Source of the DNA: Candidatus Bathyarchaeia archaeon | Lineage (GTDB): Archaea; Thermoproteota; Bathyarchaeia; Bathyarchaeales; Bathycorpusculaceae | DNA length: 64,000 bases | Assembly (NCBI GenBank): GCA_049516875.1 | Contig: JBEKSS010000012.1 | Span: 1 to 64,000 of the forward strand | Direction of reading: 5' to 3' | Shown: positions 31,374-41,401 of the stretch, piece by piece | Numbering within the stretch: position 1 is the first letter of the stretch | Layout: each line of letters starts with the position of its first letter | The notes under the pieces: generated by a model | What the model was told of the DNA's origin: nothing | Seen by the model: only the letters and a program-made list of their open reading frames with translations | Database searches by the model: none | Made by a program: the position numbers and the translations under genes

Positions 31374-32666
31374 ATGCGTACTTGTGTTCATCGTCTGCCC
31401 GGCATCCTGTTGACTGATCATGAATTCAACGTACCACTGGATCACACACAACCCAATGGCGAGAGAATAAGTGTCTTCGGGCGCGAGGTGGTTGCAAGCG
31501 ACAAGGAAAAAAACGATCTGCCGTGGCTTCTCTTCTTTCAGGGCGGTCCCGGCATGGAAGCCCCACGTCCCGAAAACAACAGCGGCTGGTTGAAGAGGGC
31601 GCTGCAAGAATACCGCGTGTTGCTTCTCGATCAACGCGGCACAGGTCGCAGCACGCCCATCAACCATCAAACGTTGGCGGGCTTCGCCACGCCAAGAGAG
31701 CAAGCCGATTACCTGAAGAACTTTCGCGCCGATTCAATCGTGCGGGACGCTGAATTGATTCGTCGTGAACTCCTCGGCGAGGGAAGAAGCTGGAGCGTGC
31801 TGGGGCAGAGCTACGGGGGGTTCTGCATAACGCACTATCTGTCCGTCGCGCCGAGCAGTCTAAAAGAAGCAATAATAACGGGCGGACTGCCGCCACTGAA
31901 CCGGCCGCCCGACGACGTTTACCGTGCAACTTATCGGCGTGTCATCGACAAGAACAGACTCTACTACGAGCGTTACCCCGATGACGTCGAACGCGCAAAA
32001 GACATCGCTGCCCACCTAAAATCTCATGATGCAAACTTGCCAGGGGGCGATCGATTGTCACCACGACGGTTTCAACAACTCGGCTTGGCCTTCGGTATGG
32101 GCAACGGATTTGAACGAGTCCACTACTTGCTTGAAGAAGCGTTCCTGAGAGGCGTAGCCGATCGAGAGATCGCTTACACTTTTCTGCGCGGCTTCGAGAA
32201 TTCCCACTGGTTTGAAACCAATCCCATCTACGCGATTCTGCACGAATCAATCTACTGCGAAGACACCGCCTCCAACTGGTCAGCCGAGCGTGTCCGATCA
32301 GAATATCCTGAATTCGAAATCACTCGCGATAAGCCCGTGTTCTTCACTGGCGAAATGGTGTACCCATGGATGTTTGAGGAGTACAAGTATCTGCGACCAC
32401 TGAAAGAGGCTGCAGAGATTTTGGCCACATACGAGGGCTGGCCGCGTCTCTACAACAAATCAGTGTTACAATCGAACACCGTTCCATGCGCAGCCGTTAT
32501 CTACTACAACGACATGTACGTTGAGCGAACGCTCTCAGAGGAAACTGCCAGGAACATCCGCGGCATCAAGCTATGGGTCACCAGCGAACACGAGCACGAC
32601 GGCCTACGCGTCAATGGCGAGAAGGTGCTTGGACGCCTGTTGGGCATGCTCCACGGAGAAACCTGA
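31374..32666 (+). CDS. Proline iminopeptidase-like alpha/beta hydrolase (S33)
   Basis: QGGPG, DQRGTGRS, GQSYGG, DMYV, HEHDGL; GC-rich; ATG at 31374 inferred. Confidence 0.9.
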   Translation: MRTCVHRLPGILLTDHEFNVPLDHTQPNGERISVFGREVVASDKEKNDLPWLLFFQGGPGMEAPRPENNSGWLKRALQEYRVLLLDQRGTGRSTPINHQTLAGFATPREQADYLKNFRADSIVRDAELIRRELLGEGRSWSVLGQSYGGFCITHYLSVAPSSLKEAIITGGLPPLNRPPDDVYRATYRRVIDKNRLYYERYPDDVERAKDIAAHLKSHDANLPGGDRLSPRRFQQLGLAFGMGNGFERVHYLLEEAFLRGVADREIAYTFLRGFENSHWFETNPIYAILHESIYCEDTASNWSAERVRSEYPEFEITRDKPVFFTGEMVYPWMFEEYKYLRPLKEAAEILATYEGWPRLYNKSVLQSNTVPCAAVIYYNDMYVERTLSEETARNIRGIKLWVTSEHEHDGLRVNGEKVLGRLLGMLHGET

Positions 32667-32705
32667 TGGGGCCAGGGCCGCGCACGCGTTCGGTGTTTGT
32701 GGCAA

Positions 32706-33644
32706 TCATGTTTTGTTTTTGACGTACAAGCAGGCTTGGGCGGCCACTGTGGTGCCATCGCCGATGCACGAAGGAATGATGTCCTTGGTTGTGAGGGCAC
32801 AGCTTCCAGCGGCAAAGACTCCTTCTATGTTTGTCCTGCCGAACATATCTGCTTCAATACAACTGGCTCGGTGTGTTGCGATTCCAGCCTTTTGCAGGAC
32901 GGAAACAAAAGGCACTGGTGGACTAACCACGCAAAGAATGCTTGCCGTAAGCTTCTTGGTTCCATGATTTTTCATCGATCTCAGAACAAGCTGCACGTGT
33001 GGTGGTTTGCCTTTGATAGCCTCTCCAACAAAATCTTTTACCAGTTCCACCCCGTTCCTTCGCAATTCATCTTTCTCTCTTGTTCCTGTGGACACCGTGT
33101 TAGCATGATTAACAAGAAGCAAGTGGCTGGCAATCTTGCTCAGGCAAATCGTTTCATCCACCATCCTCCTCGCATTTCCTATGACAATAATGTCCCGTCC
33201 GTCGATCATCGTTGCATTACATTCTGAGCAGTAACTGATTCCATCGCCAAACCATGTTTCACCCTCTAAACCCAGACCTTTCATTCCCGCACCAGTAGCG
33301 AGTATCAAAGCCTTTGAACGATAAACATCCCGACTTGTTTCAACACGCACTTCATTCTTACAGGAGAGATTGACAACCTCTTCAGACGTGTGTACCTGTG
33401 CACCAGCATCTTCTGCTTGGCGTGCCATCCTGCTTGCCAACTCCCGCCCGGTAATTTTCTCTGGAAAACCAGGATAATTGACTATTTTTCGCGCCATAAG
33501 CATCCTTCCACCAGCCTGTTTTCCAGACTCAAGAACCAGTGTGTCCACACCGAAAAAGGCTGAATAAATCCCTGCAGCCAGTCCAGCCGGGCCAGCACCG
33601 ACTATTATGACATCGAACAAGTTTCTCACGCCACGTTCATTCAA
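32706..33644 (-). CDS. Thioredoxin reductase-like FAD oxidoreductase
   Basis: GAGPAG, NYPGF, ATG, SYCSEC, GVFAAG; NADPH-binding motif degenerate. Confidence 0.85.
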   Translation of the reverse strand: MNERGVRNLFDVIIVGAGPAGLAAGIYSAFFGVDTLVLESGKQAGGRMLMARKIVNYPGFPEKITGRELASRMARQAEDAGAQVHTSEEVVNLSCKNEVRVETSRDVYRSKALILATGAGMKGLGLEGETWFGDGISYCSECNATMIDGRDIIVIGNARRMVDETICLSKIASHLLLVNHANTVSTGTREKDELRRNGVELVKDFVGEAIKGKPPHVQLVLRSMKNHGTKKLTASILCVVSPPVPFVSVLQKAGIATHRASCIEADMFGRTNIEGVFAAGSCALTTKDIIPSCIGDGTTVAAQACLYVKNKT

Positions 33645-33739
33645 GCGATTTTTCTTATTTGCTTTGCTCTGGTTGAATTAGCGCCCATGGAGTAAACTTA
33701 GAATAGCCCAAGGACTCTATTAGAAATGGTGATCTCAAA

Positions 33740-33979
33740 TTGGGTGCGCTCAAAACGATAATTGCAAAGATAGAGTCAGACGTGCTGCAAGTTCCAGAAG
33801 AGGTGAGAGAAATACTCGGCCATGACATGAAAATCGTCGTCGGCACAGCCGCAATCGTCGCGTTTTCAGCGGGCACTTCCTACGCAGATGTCCTCAGAAG
33901 CCTAGAATTGATACAGGATGATCTACAACTTCGCCTATCCAAAGAAAAGTCAGAAGAATCACAAACAAGAAAAAACTAA
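33740..33979 (+). CDS. Small hypothetical protein
   Basis: 79 aa ORF with TTG start. Confidence 0.55.
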   Translation: MGALKTIIAKIESDVLQVPEEVREILGHDMKIVVGTAAIVAFSAGTSYADVLRSLELIQDDLQLRLSKEKSEESQTRKN

Positions 33980-34090
33980 CACGGCGCTAGGATCTCATTG
34001 ATCCACACGTCATATGACTGTAGAATGCTTATCTCGCTGGTTACAATCATTCAAAATGCGAAGTCGATAGAAAAGGAGGCGGAAAGAATA

Positions 34091-34438
34091 ATGTCTGAAA
34101 TGATTGCCTATTGTGGGCTGGACTGCAACGAGTGTAGAGCCTTTGAAGCGACTCAAGCGAAGGACTTTGAACGGAAAAAGCAGATAGCCAAACAGTGGAC
34201 TGAAGGACTCAAGGTTGAGTTTAAACCAGAAGACATTGACTGTCGCGGATGCAAGTCTGATACGCTTTCTGGTTGGTGCCGGAAAATCTGCAAGATAAGA
34301 CCGTGCGCTGAAGAGAAGAAAGTCAAGACATGTGCCCACTGTGACGATTATCCCTGCGGTATATTGAAAGAATTCTTGGCAAACGAGCCCGTCGCCACAG
34401 AGAATCTTGAGAAGATTCGGAAAGCACTCCCAGTCTAG
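34091..34438 (+). CDS. DUF3795 Cys-rich protein
   Basis: AYCGLDC..C, C.GC, C.IR.C, CAHC..YPC; SD-supported ATG at 34091. Confidence 0.9.
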   Translation: MSEMIAYCGLDCNECRAFEATQAKDFERKKQIAKQWTEGLKVEFKPEDIDCRGCKSDTLSGWCRKICKIRPCAEEKKVKTCAHCDDYPCGILKEFLANEPVATENLEKIRKALPV

Positions 34439-34455
34439 CAGGAAGTGCCGGACCA

Positions 34456-35198
34456 TGACGTTGACCCAAGATCTGAAGAAGGAAGCAAAGAAAGCTGGTT
34501 TCGTTGCAGTAGGCGTCTCAAATCTTAATATGCTCCGCGAGTTGCCGTATGGGAAGATCAAGTATGTCGGTGTTCTGAAAAGGCCAGAGGAGGAGCTACC
34601 AGAAGTCAGATCAGTCATATTGATGGGCATCCACGCTTGGGACCCGGTCTTCAATGTCGTCGCCCTCTCCTCTAATCTACACTTCAACAGAGAACAGAAA
34701 CCGAGGGTGCCTTCAGAGAGCTACCAGTTGTACTCCCAAATCGCGAGAAGCAAAGCTTGGAGAATTGCCTATTATCTGATGAAAAGAGGGTATGATTCGA
34801 TTCCCTCGCTCGGCATTCCCCTCAAGACCGCCGCGGTCAAATGCGGTCTCGGCTGCCAAGGCAAGAACACGTTGCTGGTGACTCCGACCTACGGGCCTAG
34901 GGTCAGACTGGTCTCAGTCCTCACAACCGCAGAGTTGGACATCGATGAGCCCTACAGAGAAGATCTGTGCAAGAACTGCGAAAAATGCGTGCTCGCTTGT
35001 CCAGCCAAAGCAATTGAACCGTACAAGCTCAAAGTCAACAAGTGCATGGTATACGCGTCTGAAAACCCACGCTCAAAGCACGTCTCTGATGAGACAAGGG
35101 AGCTGGAGAAGAGACTCGTCAAGCGACCCACTCCCAACAGTTTCATAGACTGCACCACATGCCTAGAAGCTTGCCCAATAGGAAAAGCCGTTGGTTAA
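34456..35198 (+). CDS. Epoxyqueuosine-reductase-like Fe-S protein
   Basis: AAVKCGLG..GKN.L...YGPRVRL, C..C.KC..ACP, C..C...CP. Confidence 0.85.
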
Positions 35199-35226
35199 GG
35201 ACCTTCCATCTGCCGTGTTTCCTTTT

Positions 35227-35961
35227 CTATTCTTCCAAAGGAGCCGCACGCAACGTCCCTGCATTGTTTCTCTTTTCCGGTGCCACGCGCCTGAACAGTT
35301 GAACGTACGGAACTAGAGAGGCGACAAGCTTGTTTTCGGCTTTTTTGAGGTGCTCTTGATAGGTGGTTCTGGAAACCCTTTTTTTGTGTGCAATGTCCTG
35401 AACGTTGGCCTTTCTCGGCAAACTGTAGTATCCATTGCTGTACGCAGCCAACAATGCGTCCATCTGCTTCTCAGTCAAGCCAGAAAACAGCGCGTCCGCA
35501 GTCAAAGTCAGTGAACTTGCTATGCATCCATCAAAATCAACTTTGCGCAGAATCTCATACTTGAGCCTTCTCTCTTCGAATCTTTGCATGAGTCCCTTCA
35601 GCTCTTTGTGTCCAAACGCGATGACGCGATAGTATTCCCAGCCGTGGCGATAGATTATCGGCGGGATTTGGAGAAGATCGAATTCGTCAATGATTCTGGT
35701 CACCGAATCCTCGGTTTTGCAGAAGCATTTCTTTACGAAGAAATGGGCGTTGTGATGGTCGGATGACTTTTCAATCATTCCTTTTATCCGGGATATTTCG
35801 TCTACCACGATAGAATATTCTTCCGGTTTGTCCACTATGAGTTCGATCACGTCGTGTTCTCTGTTGCACCAATCGAACATTTTCAGGCGTGGATATTTCT
35901 TTGAAATGTTGCAATAGGGGCAGTCGTGTGTTAATTTGAATGCGACCTCAAACAGCGTCAT
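35227..35961 (-). CDS. Bacterio-opsin-activator-type (HTH_10) regulator
   Basis: LTEKQ..AL..AY..GYY.LPR...T..EHLKKAE.KL. Confidence 0.9.
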   Translation of the reverse strand: MTLFEVAFKLTHDCPYCNISKKYPRLKMFDWCNREHDVIELIVDKPEEYSIVVDEISRIKGMIEKSSDHHNAHFFVKKCFCKTEDSVTRIIDEFDLLQIPPIIYRHGWEYYRVIAFGHKELKGLMQRFEERRLKYEILRKVDFDGCIASSLTLTADALFSGLTEKQMDALLAAYSNGYYSLPRKANVQDIAHKKRVSRTTYQEHLKKAENKLVASLVPYVQLFRRVAPEKRNNAGTLRAAPLEE

Positions 35962-36086
35962 AATAGAAACTTGCGCATTCTCCTATTTAGCGGTTGAGAC
36001 GTCACATGACGGCACCATGATTCAGTCCGACTCCACCCACAAACGCGATGAATAGCACCCGCAGTTATTTTAGTAAAAAAAGGCTT

Positions 36087-36263
36087 TGGTGGGGCCGGCC
36101 GGATTTGAACCGACGACCTACGGGTTTCTCCGTGGTATGAGTATGACCGTTCCAGAATTTCGTCATTCCCTTTCTGGGTCGGCTCTAAGTACCTAGACTC
36201 CATGTCTAGTGTATGTTGTGCCATTCTGGAGCCCGTCGTCATACCTGCCTAGACTACGACCCC
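36087..36263 (-). tRNA. tRNA-Trp(CCA) with a 100-nt intron at 37/38 (36126-36225); CCA end encoded
   Basis: Acceptor GGGGTCG/CGGCCCC-A-CCA, anticodon stem ACGGG/CCCGT, GTTCAAATC T-loop, BHB core CTCC/GGAG. Confidence 0.95.
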
Positions 36264-36394
36264 TGAGAATTCCTTAAGGGACTTTGGATATATGCGTTAT
36301 TCTTTCACTGACCAGATTTGTAAACGAATAGCATCTGGTACGAAGTTCAAACCTGAAGCGATAAGCTTATGAGTGCAGAACTAACGTGTATGTT

Positions 36395-36520
36395 GGGGTT
36401 TGCCGGTCATAGGGCGTGGGTTCCACCTGATCCCATACCGAACTCAGAAGTTAAACCACGTTCCGTTTCCGGTTGTAGTGTGGTCTTCGGCCATGTGAAC
36501 CCGGGAAAGCTGGTAACCCC
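36395..36520 (+). rRNA. rrf: 5S rRNA (stand-alone)
   Basis: CACCTGATCCCATACCGAACTCAGAAGTTAA core; paired ends GGGGTT/AACCCC. Confidence 0.95.
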
Positions 36521-36603
36521 ACCTAAACAACCTGCTGATTTGGAGGAGAATTAGCTAAGATTTATAACTAAGCGCTGATAGTCTTTTTCCGAAAGGTGAG
36601 TTT

Positions 36604-37743
36604 ATGAATTTAATCGCAGCACTGATAGGTACTCAGACCAAGCTTGCACAGTTTGGAAATACAGATTTAACCTGGATTCTGAACATTCTTTTTTACGTCA
36701 TTTTTATCGTTTTTATATTCTATGGGCAGAAAATTCAGATGTACGTGATGCTCAGGGAAGTGGAAGTGTCACTCTACAAGCTGAAATTCATAAAGGAAGA
36801 GGGACGAAAAATCGCGGTCGAAACCATAAAGGAGATTGGAAAGGCGCAGACAGACCCAACCGACAGAGTTGACAGATTCTTGGAGTACTTCACAATAGGG
36901 CCGCAGAATCTTGACCCGGCAGGAGTAGTTTGGAAGCTTGAACACATACTCGACGTCAGAGACACACGTTTCAAGGACGAAGTAAAGGCGATGGCGCCAG
37001 CATCGGATGAAATCCAAGTGAACAACTTGGAGAACACTCTTGAAGCGGCCAGCGCGCTTAACTTCATCTACAAGGTCATTCGCCATTATTACCTGCTCGG
37101 CAAGAAAACCCTGAGCCTCTACGTTATAATGCAGATACAGATGATTCTGCCGCTCGTCATGAAGGAAGCAGAGGCTTATGCGAGCGCGTTGAAGGCATTT
37201 GCGTACGGACAACCGATAGGCGATGGAGCAGGCGCACTCGTTGCAGCAAAACTCATGCACGGACAAGAAACAAGGAAAATAGCAAAAGACTGTGTTGTCG
37301 CCACTGTTCCCTTTGAAGGACGCACTGCGTTCGTGATAAAGGCTGAAGGACCAGGAGGAAACGTGGGTAAACCTGGAGACGCGATAAAAGCGGTCATTGA
37401 AGAAAACGAAGGAAAAATCGCCACCGTAATCATGATAGACGCTGCCTTGAAGCTTGAAGGGGAAGGACTGGGAGAAGTGGCTGAAGGAGTAGGCGCAGCA
37501 ATCGGCGGACCCGGCGTTGATCAGTACAAGATTGAAGATTCATTGTTGAAATATCACATTTCAATAAACGCCGTGGTGATAAAAGAGGACGTGGGCGATG
37601 CAGTGTCGCCTCTTCGCAAGGAACTGTTTGATTCGGCTGACAAGGTTCTTGAAAGGGTGAAACAGGTCGTTCTTGATAAGACGAAGGAAGGAGACAAGGT
37701 GATAATTGCCGGAATTGGAAACACCATCGGCATTGGACAGTAG
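36604..37743 (+). CDS. DUF1512 family protein
   Basis: PIGDGAG, KAEGPGGNVG.PG, IDAALKLEGE, GIGNTIGIGQ. Confidence 0.85.
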   Translation: MNLIAALIGTQTKLAQFGNTDLTWILNILFYVIFIVFIFYGQKIQMYVMLREVEVSLYKLKFIKEEGRKIAVETIKEIGKAQTDPTDRVDRFLEYFTIGPQNLDPAGVVWKLEHILDVRDTRFKDEVKAMAPASDEIQVNNLENTLEAASALNFIYKVIRHYYLLGKKTLSLYVIMQIQMILPLVMKEAEAYASALKAFAYGQPIGDGAGALVAAKLMHGQETRKIAKDCVVATVPFEGRTAFVIKAEGPGGNVGKPGDAIKAVIEENEGKIATVIMIDAALKLEGEGLGEVAEGVGAAIGGPGVDQYKIEDSLLKYHISINAVVIKEDVGDAVSPLRKELFDSADKVLERVKQVVLDKTKEGDKVIIAGIGNTIGIGQ

Positions 37744-37755
37744 GAGAGGAATTAA

Positions 37756-38172
37756 ATGAGTGAAACTTCAGCATCATCAACAACGACGACCAGAATCTCG
37801 TCATTCGTGCTTCTGGTAGTGTTCATAACCCTGGCATTGTCACTGTTGGCACTGATTTTCTCCGTGACAATTATCGGAGAGAACAGTGACGCCGCATGGA
37901 TCATGCTGGTGCTAGGCCTCCTCGGAGTAGCCATATCCACGTACGTGCTCGTTGAGACGAGAAGAAGACTGTCAAGGCTGAAGATTGTGGTTCCACCCGT
38001 GACGACCACCATTGAATGCAAGAAATGCGGGATCAAGAACGTCAGAGAATTCCAGCGTGGCGACTACATATTCAAGGAAACTGAACCCTGCCAAAAATGC
38101 AGCGACAAGATGTTGATAACGGCAATCTACAGGGAAGTCAAGGAAAAGGAAAAGGAACGATTCCCGTTCTAG
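37756..38172 (+). CDS. Membrane protein with a C-terminal zinc ribbon
   Basis: 2 TM helices then CKKC...GDYIFK...CQKC. Confidence 0.8.
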   Translation: MSETSASSTTTTRISSFVLLVVFITLALSLLALIFSVTIIGENSDAAWIMLVLGLLGVAISTYVLVETRRRLSRLKIVVPPVTTTIECKKCGIKNVREFQRGDYIFKETEPCQKCSDKMLITAIYREVKEKEKERFPF

Positions 38173-39083
38173 GTCAGGACGACGCACCCGTCCTCAACTA
38201 TCATAACCGTGTGCTCGGCCTGAGCTACCGTTTTTCGGCTTGTCTCGATGAAAACTGGGTAATACATGAGAGCCTTGGACGTCAGAAGTTCGTGGAACGC
38301 CTCTCGGTGATGCTCTTTGGGCAGTACGCCTTGCAGCCAGCGCTCAGCAAATGGCAAGGTCCTGAAGTTGTCTTCAATGAACCTTAGAAGCTGTTTGGCA
38401 TGCGGATTTTCCAGCGATCTGGACTTCACGAACCGAAAAATCGTAGACTCGTCCCCGTCTTCAACTCTTCCAGCCGCATCCGGCGACGTCACGAACGGTT
38501 CGATCGCGTAAACTCCGCCAAGCTTGATTTTCGTCAAAGACAACTGCGACACGTTCGGTATCGAAGTGCCGGTGTGCACTATATACCGCCCAACCTGATG
38601 CCCACAAAGATTTGATATGGGCTTGAACCCGCGGGCCTTTATGGTGTTCTCGATCAGTGCGCCGAGCTTCGACGCTGACATCCCAGGTCTGATGCTTTCA
38701 ACAGCGGCCTTCAACGCGCGTTCCGCCGTTCCCACAAGATCTTCATGTTCGTGGCTGAAACAGACAGTCACCGCAGTGTCAGTGACATAGCCGTCCACGT
38801 GAGCACCAATATCCACCTTGACCACAGAGTTTTCAGGAACCCGCTTTTTGTCATTCGGCGGAGACGTGTAGTGCGCGGCCACTTCGTTGATCGAGACGTT
38901 ACATGGAAACGCTGGTTTTGCACCTTTCTTCTTTATTAGATCCTCCGCTTTCTCGCAGATGTCGATTATCATCATGCCTTCACGAACAAAACCTTTAATC
39001 TCCTCCCGGGCTTCGCGAAGAATCCTGCCCGAAAGCTTGAACTTCTCACAAGCTTCCTCGTCATATTCACTCATCAAACTCAC
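38169..39083 (-). CDS. map: Type II methionine aminopeptidase
   Basis: AFP, AAHY, D.G.HVDG..D, GH, AIEPF, EHT. Confidence 0.97.
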   Translation of the reverse strand: MSLMSEYDEEACEKFKLSGRILREAREEIKGFVREGMMIIDICEKAEDLIKKKGAKPAFPCNVSINEVAAHYTSPPNDKKRVPENSVVKVDIGAHVDGYVTDTAVTVCFSHEHEDLVGTAERALKAAVESIRPGMSASKLGALIENTIKARGFKPISNLCGHQVGRYIVHTGTSIPNVSQLSLTKIKLGGVYAIEPFVTSPDAAGRVEDGDESTIFRFVKSRSLENPHAKQLLRFIEDNFRTLPFAERWLQGVLPKEHHREAFHELLTSKALMYYPVFIETSRKTVAQAEHTVMIVEDGCVVLT

Positions 39084-39361
39084 AACCTACAACGGCAAAC
39101 CGAGACTGGAATCCATCCATAATGCCCCTTTTCTATACATCAGTCGCTTAAATGTTTAATCCGCAACGAGTAGAATATACGAGGCCAAAAAACATCCAGA
39201 CATGCTCCCCTTTAAATCGATTGCTTGCCGCGGTTCTGTTAATTCTTCGGCGCTTTTGGTTTTTGCTGAGAGGTCTGTTAACTGTCGGCGCTTTTTGATT
39301 CAGCCTTGAGAGGGGTTCGGTTGATGAGAGGCGCCTAAAAGTTTATCCGTCAGGTTCGCCA

Positions 39362-39781
39362 ATGGTAGAAGTGATGGTTATGGGAAAGAAAGTTACTGTA
39401 TTGGTAACAGTGTGCTTCATGATTATAGTTGCCGTCTTTTTCGAGTTCTTCGTGTTCAGGACTCCAGTGCAGCAGACAATCTCAGTGGACGAAATTGCGA
39501 GTAGCCCTTCTGCATGGTTGAATAGGACAGTCCTAGTTGAAGGTAACATGAGTGGCCCCTCTCTCTTTTTACAACCAGAGATGTTTTCACCGTGGCAATA
39601 CAACCTCACTTCTGCCAGTGCCCACATAGGAGTTTTTTGGAGCACAGGTGTTGCACTGAACGGCTCTGTGCCAGTGAAGGTTTACGGAGTTATCAAGGAG
39701 GTAACAGTCTTTTCCTCTTTACAGCCACCAGTATCTTCAATCGTTTACTACGTCAATGCCGAAAAAGTCGAACTGGTTTGA
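39362..39781 (+). CDS. Membrane-anchored OB-fold-like hypothetical protein
   Basis: N-terminal TM, SVDEI...P..WL...V.VEG, V.VYG. Confidence 0.6.
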   Translation: MVEVMVMGKKVTVLVTVCFMIIVAVFFEFFVFRTPVQQTISVDEIASSPSAWLNRTVLVEGNMSGPSLFLQPEMFSPWQYNLTSASAHIGVFWSTGVALNGSVPVKVYGVIKEVTVFSSLQPPVSSIVYYVNAEKVELV

Positions 39782-39805
39782 AACATACAAGAATTTAGCT
39801 GGTCC

Positions 39806-40444
39806 TTAAGAACTTGTCTCAAACCTCTGATGTTGACTTGCCTTCTTGATTAGAGACATCCATTTTGCTTCATCAGATTCGATATTCGCCTTTTGTGCAG
39901 GCGTTTTTCCGTTGAATGCTGTGTGCGGTCTTATGAAATTATAGTATAGTCTCAGGCCATCCATCATCGTCTGTGCGGTTTCTTCATCATCGAGTCCGCG
40001 CATGACCTTGTTTCTCTGCCTAATCATGCCATGCAACCTTTCGACCATGTTGTTGTTTGAACGGTCTCTAATGTTCGGTATCCTGACGTGCTGTGTCCTC
40101 GGCCCCTTCAAAGTGTAAAACTCCTTGGGTATCGCGTCTTGACAGGCTCTTAATCCGTCTGTCACTATCGCCATCGGTCTTGTCTTTGAAAGTGTCGAAG
40201 TTTGAGCCAACACTTTTCGAGCATCAGCAATTTCCCTTTTCTCCGTTATCTGACCAGCGAGCCAGAGACGACTTTCGTTGTCGATTACGTTCCAAGCCCA
40301 TCTCAAGTTTTCGTGGTTGTCCAAATCCTTTATGTTCAAAGTCATTTCGTCACTGTGCCAGATTCCGCTTACTCTAGGCACTTGCTGATCGCAATATGTC
40401 TTCATCATCGAAACGTACTTACGAATCCACTTGTAAATCGCCAT
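39806..40444 (-). mobile_element. IS6-like DDE transposase, 5'-truncated remnant
   Basis: WHSDE, IVTDG, NN.VERLHG, YNFIRPH...GKTPA; begins mid-HTH at the GNAT stop codon. Confidence 0.85.
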
Positions 40445-41307
40445 CAGCCTTTCATAGCGCCGCCAATCGCGAATATGCAGCTCAGCCTTTCATTTCCAAG
40501 ATTCTTTCCGAAACGCATTCGGATGCTTTTTGAATACTGTTCGAAACCGAACTCTTGAAGGATTTCGATAGTGCTTTTGTTCACAGCTGGAACCCCTAAA
40601 TAGATACTCGTTTTTGAACCAAGTTTTTGCATGCATTTTGCCAAGAGGTCCCGCGCAGTCTGCGACTCTTCAGGATCGCAAACAAAGGGTCCCACATTGT
40701 ACCCCTTTTCTGCTTTTCGACACATTATGTAACCAGTAATTTCGGAACCGTTGTATGATGCAAAGCATAGGTTCGGATTTTCTTGGCAGAGGCTCGTCAG
40801 AACTCGAGTTCTGTTAGCTCCGAAGCATGCAGCATCAAACTCGGCGATTTCATCGATCCTCTCCTTCTCTATAGGAGTTGCAGAATCGCTTTGAAGTGAA
40901 ATAGTTGCTCTGCTTTTTCCCATGAATCTTAAAGAGTCAATTTCATCGAGGAACCCCAGTTTTCGATAAAGATCCGCTATTTCGGGAACAGCTTCCAGCT
41001 TGACTGTTTCGACTCCGCAATGCACGAGATAGTCGATTGCCTTCTGGGTCAGCAGGGTTGCTATTCCCTTTTTTCTGTATTCGGCTTTGACGATGAGTAG
41101 GCCTATCCATCCTAGATTTCCATAGTTGACGGAGAACACGTGAGCCGCTCGTAAGCCTTTTACTTCAGCGATGAAACAGCCGTTTGGTTCATAATTGAAC
41201 ATGCATTTGATGTCAGATTTGCTGACGTTCCACTGCTCTCTCACCGTCATTTTATGCGCGAAATCTGTGTCCCTCTCCCTCAAGAGGCGAATCGAGAGAT
41301 ATTCCAT
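40444..41307 (-). CDS. Tandem GNAT acetyltransferase
   Basis: WIGLLIV..EYRKKGIA, LYRKLGF; ATG at 41307 inferred. Confidence 0.9.
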   Translation of the reverse strand: MEYLSIRLLRERDTDFAHKMTVREQWNVSKSDIKCMFNYEPNGCFIAEVKGLRAAHVFSVNYGNLGWIGLLIVKAEYRKKGIATLLTQKAIDYLVHCGVETVKLEAVPEIADLYRKLGFLDEIDSLRFMGKSRATISLQSDSATPIEKERIDEIAEFDAACFGANRTRVLTSLCQENPNLCFASYNGSEITGYIMCRKAEKGYNVGPFVCDPEESQTARDLLAKCMQKLGSKTSIYLGVPAVNKSTIEILQEFGFEQYSKSIRMRFGKNLGNERLSCIFAIGGAMKG

Positions 41308-41401
41308 GTTAGCCGTCAAAAGGGAACTGAAAAGCGCATATAAGCCTTGTTCCAAACGTTGACTTCGACTTTCTCTTTCTCAGACATGTACAGCGTGTAT
41401 C

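Noticed and set aside
35958-36554. ORFs 35958-36242 and 36369-36554
   Set aside because: They overlap tRNA-Trp and the 5S rRNA
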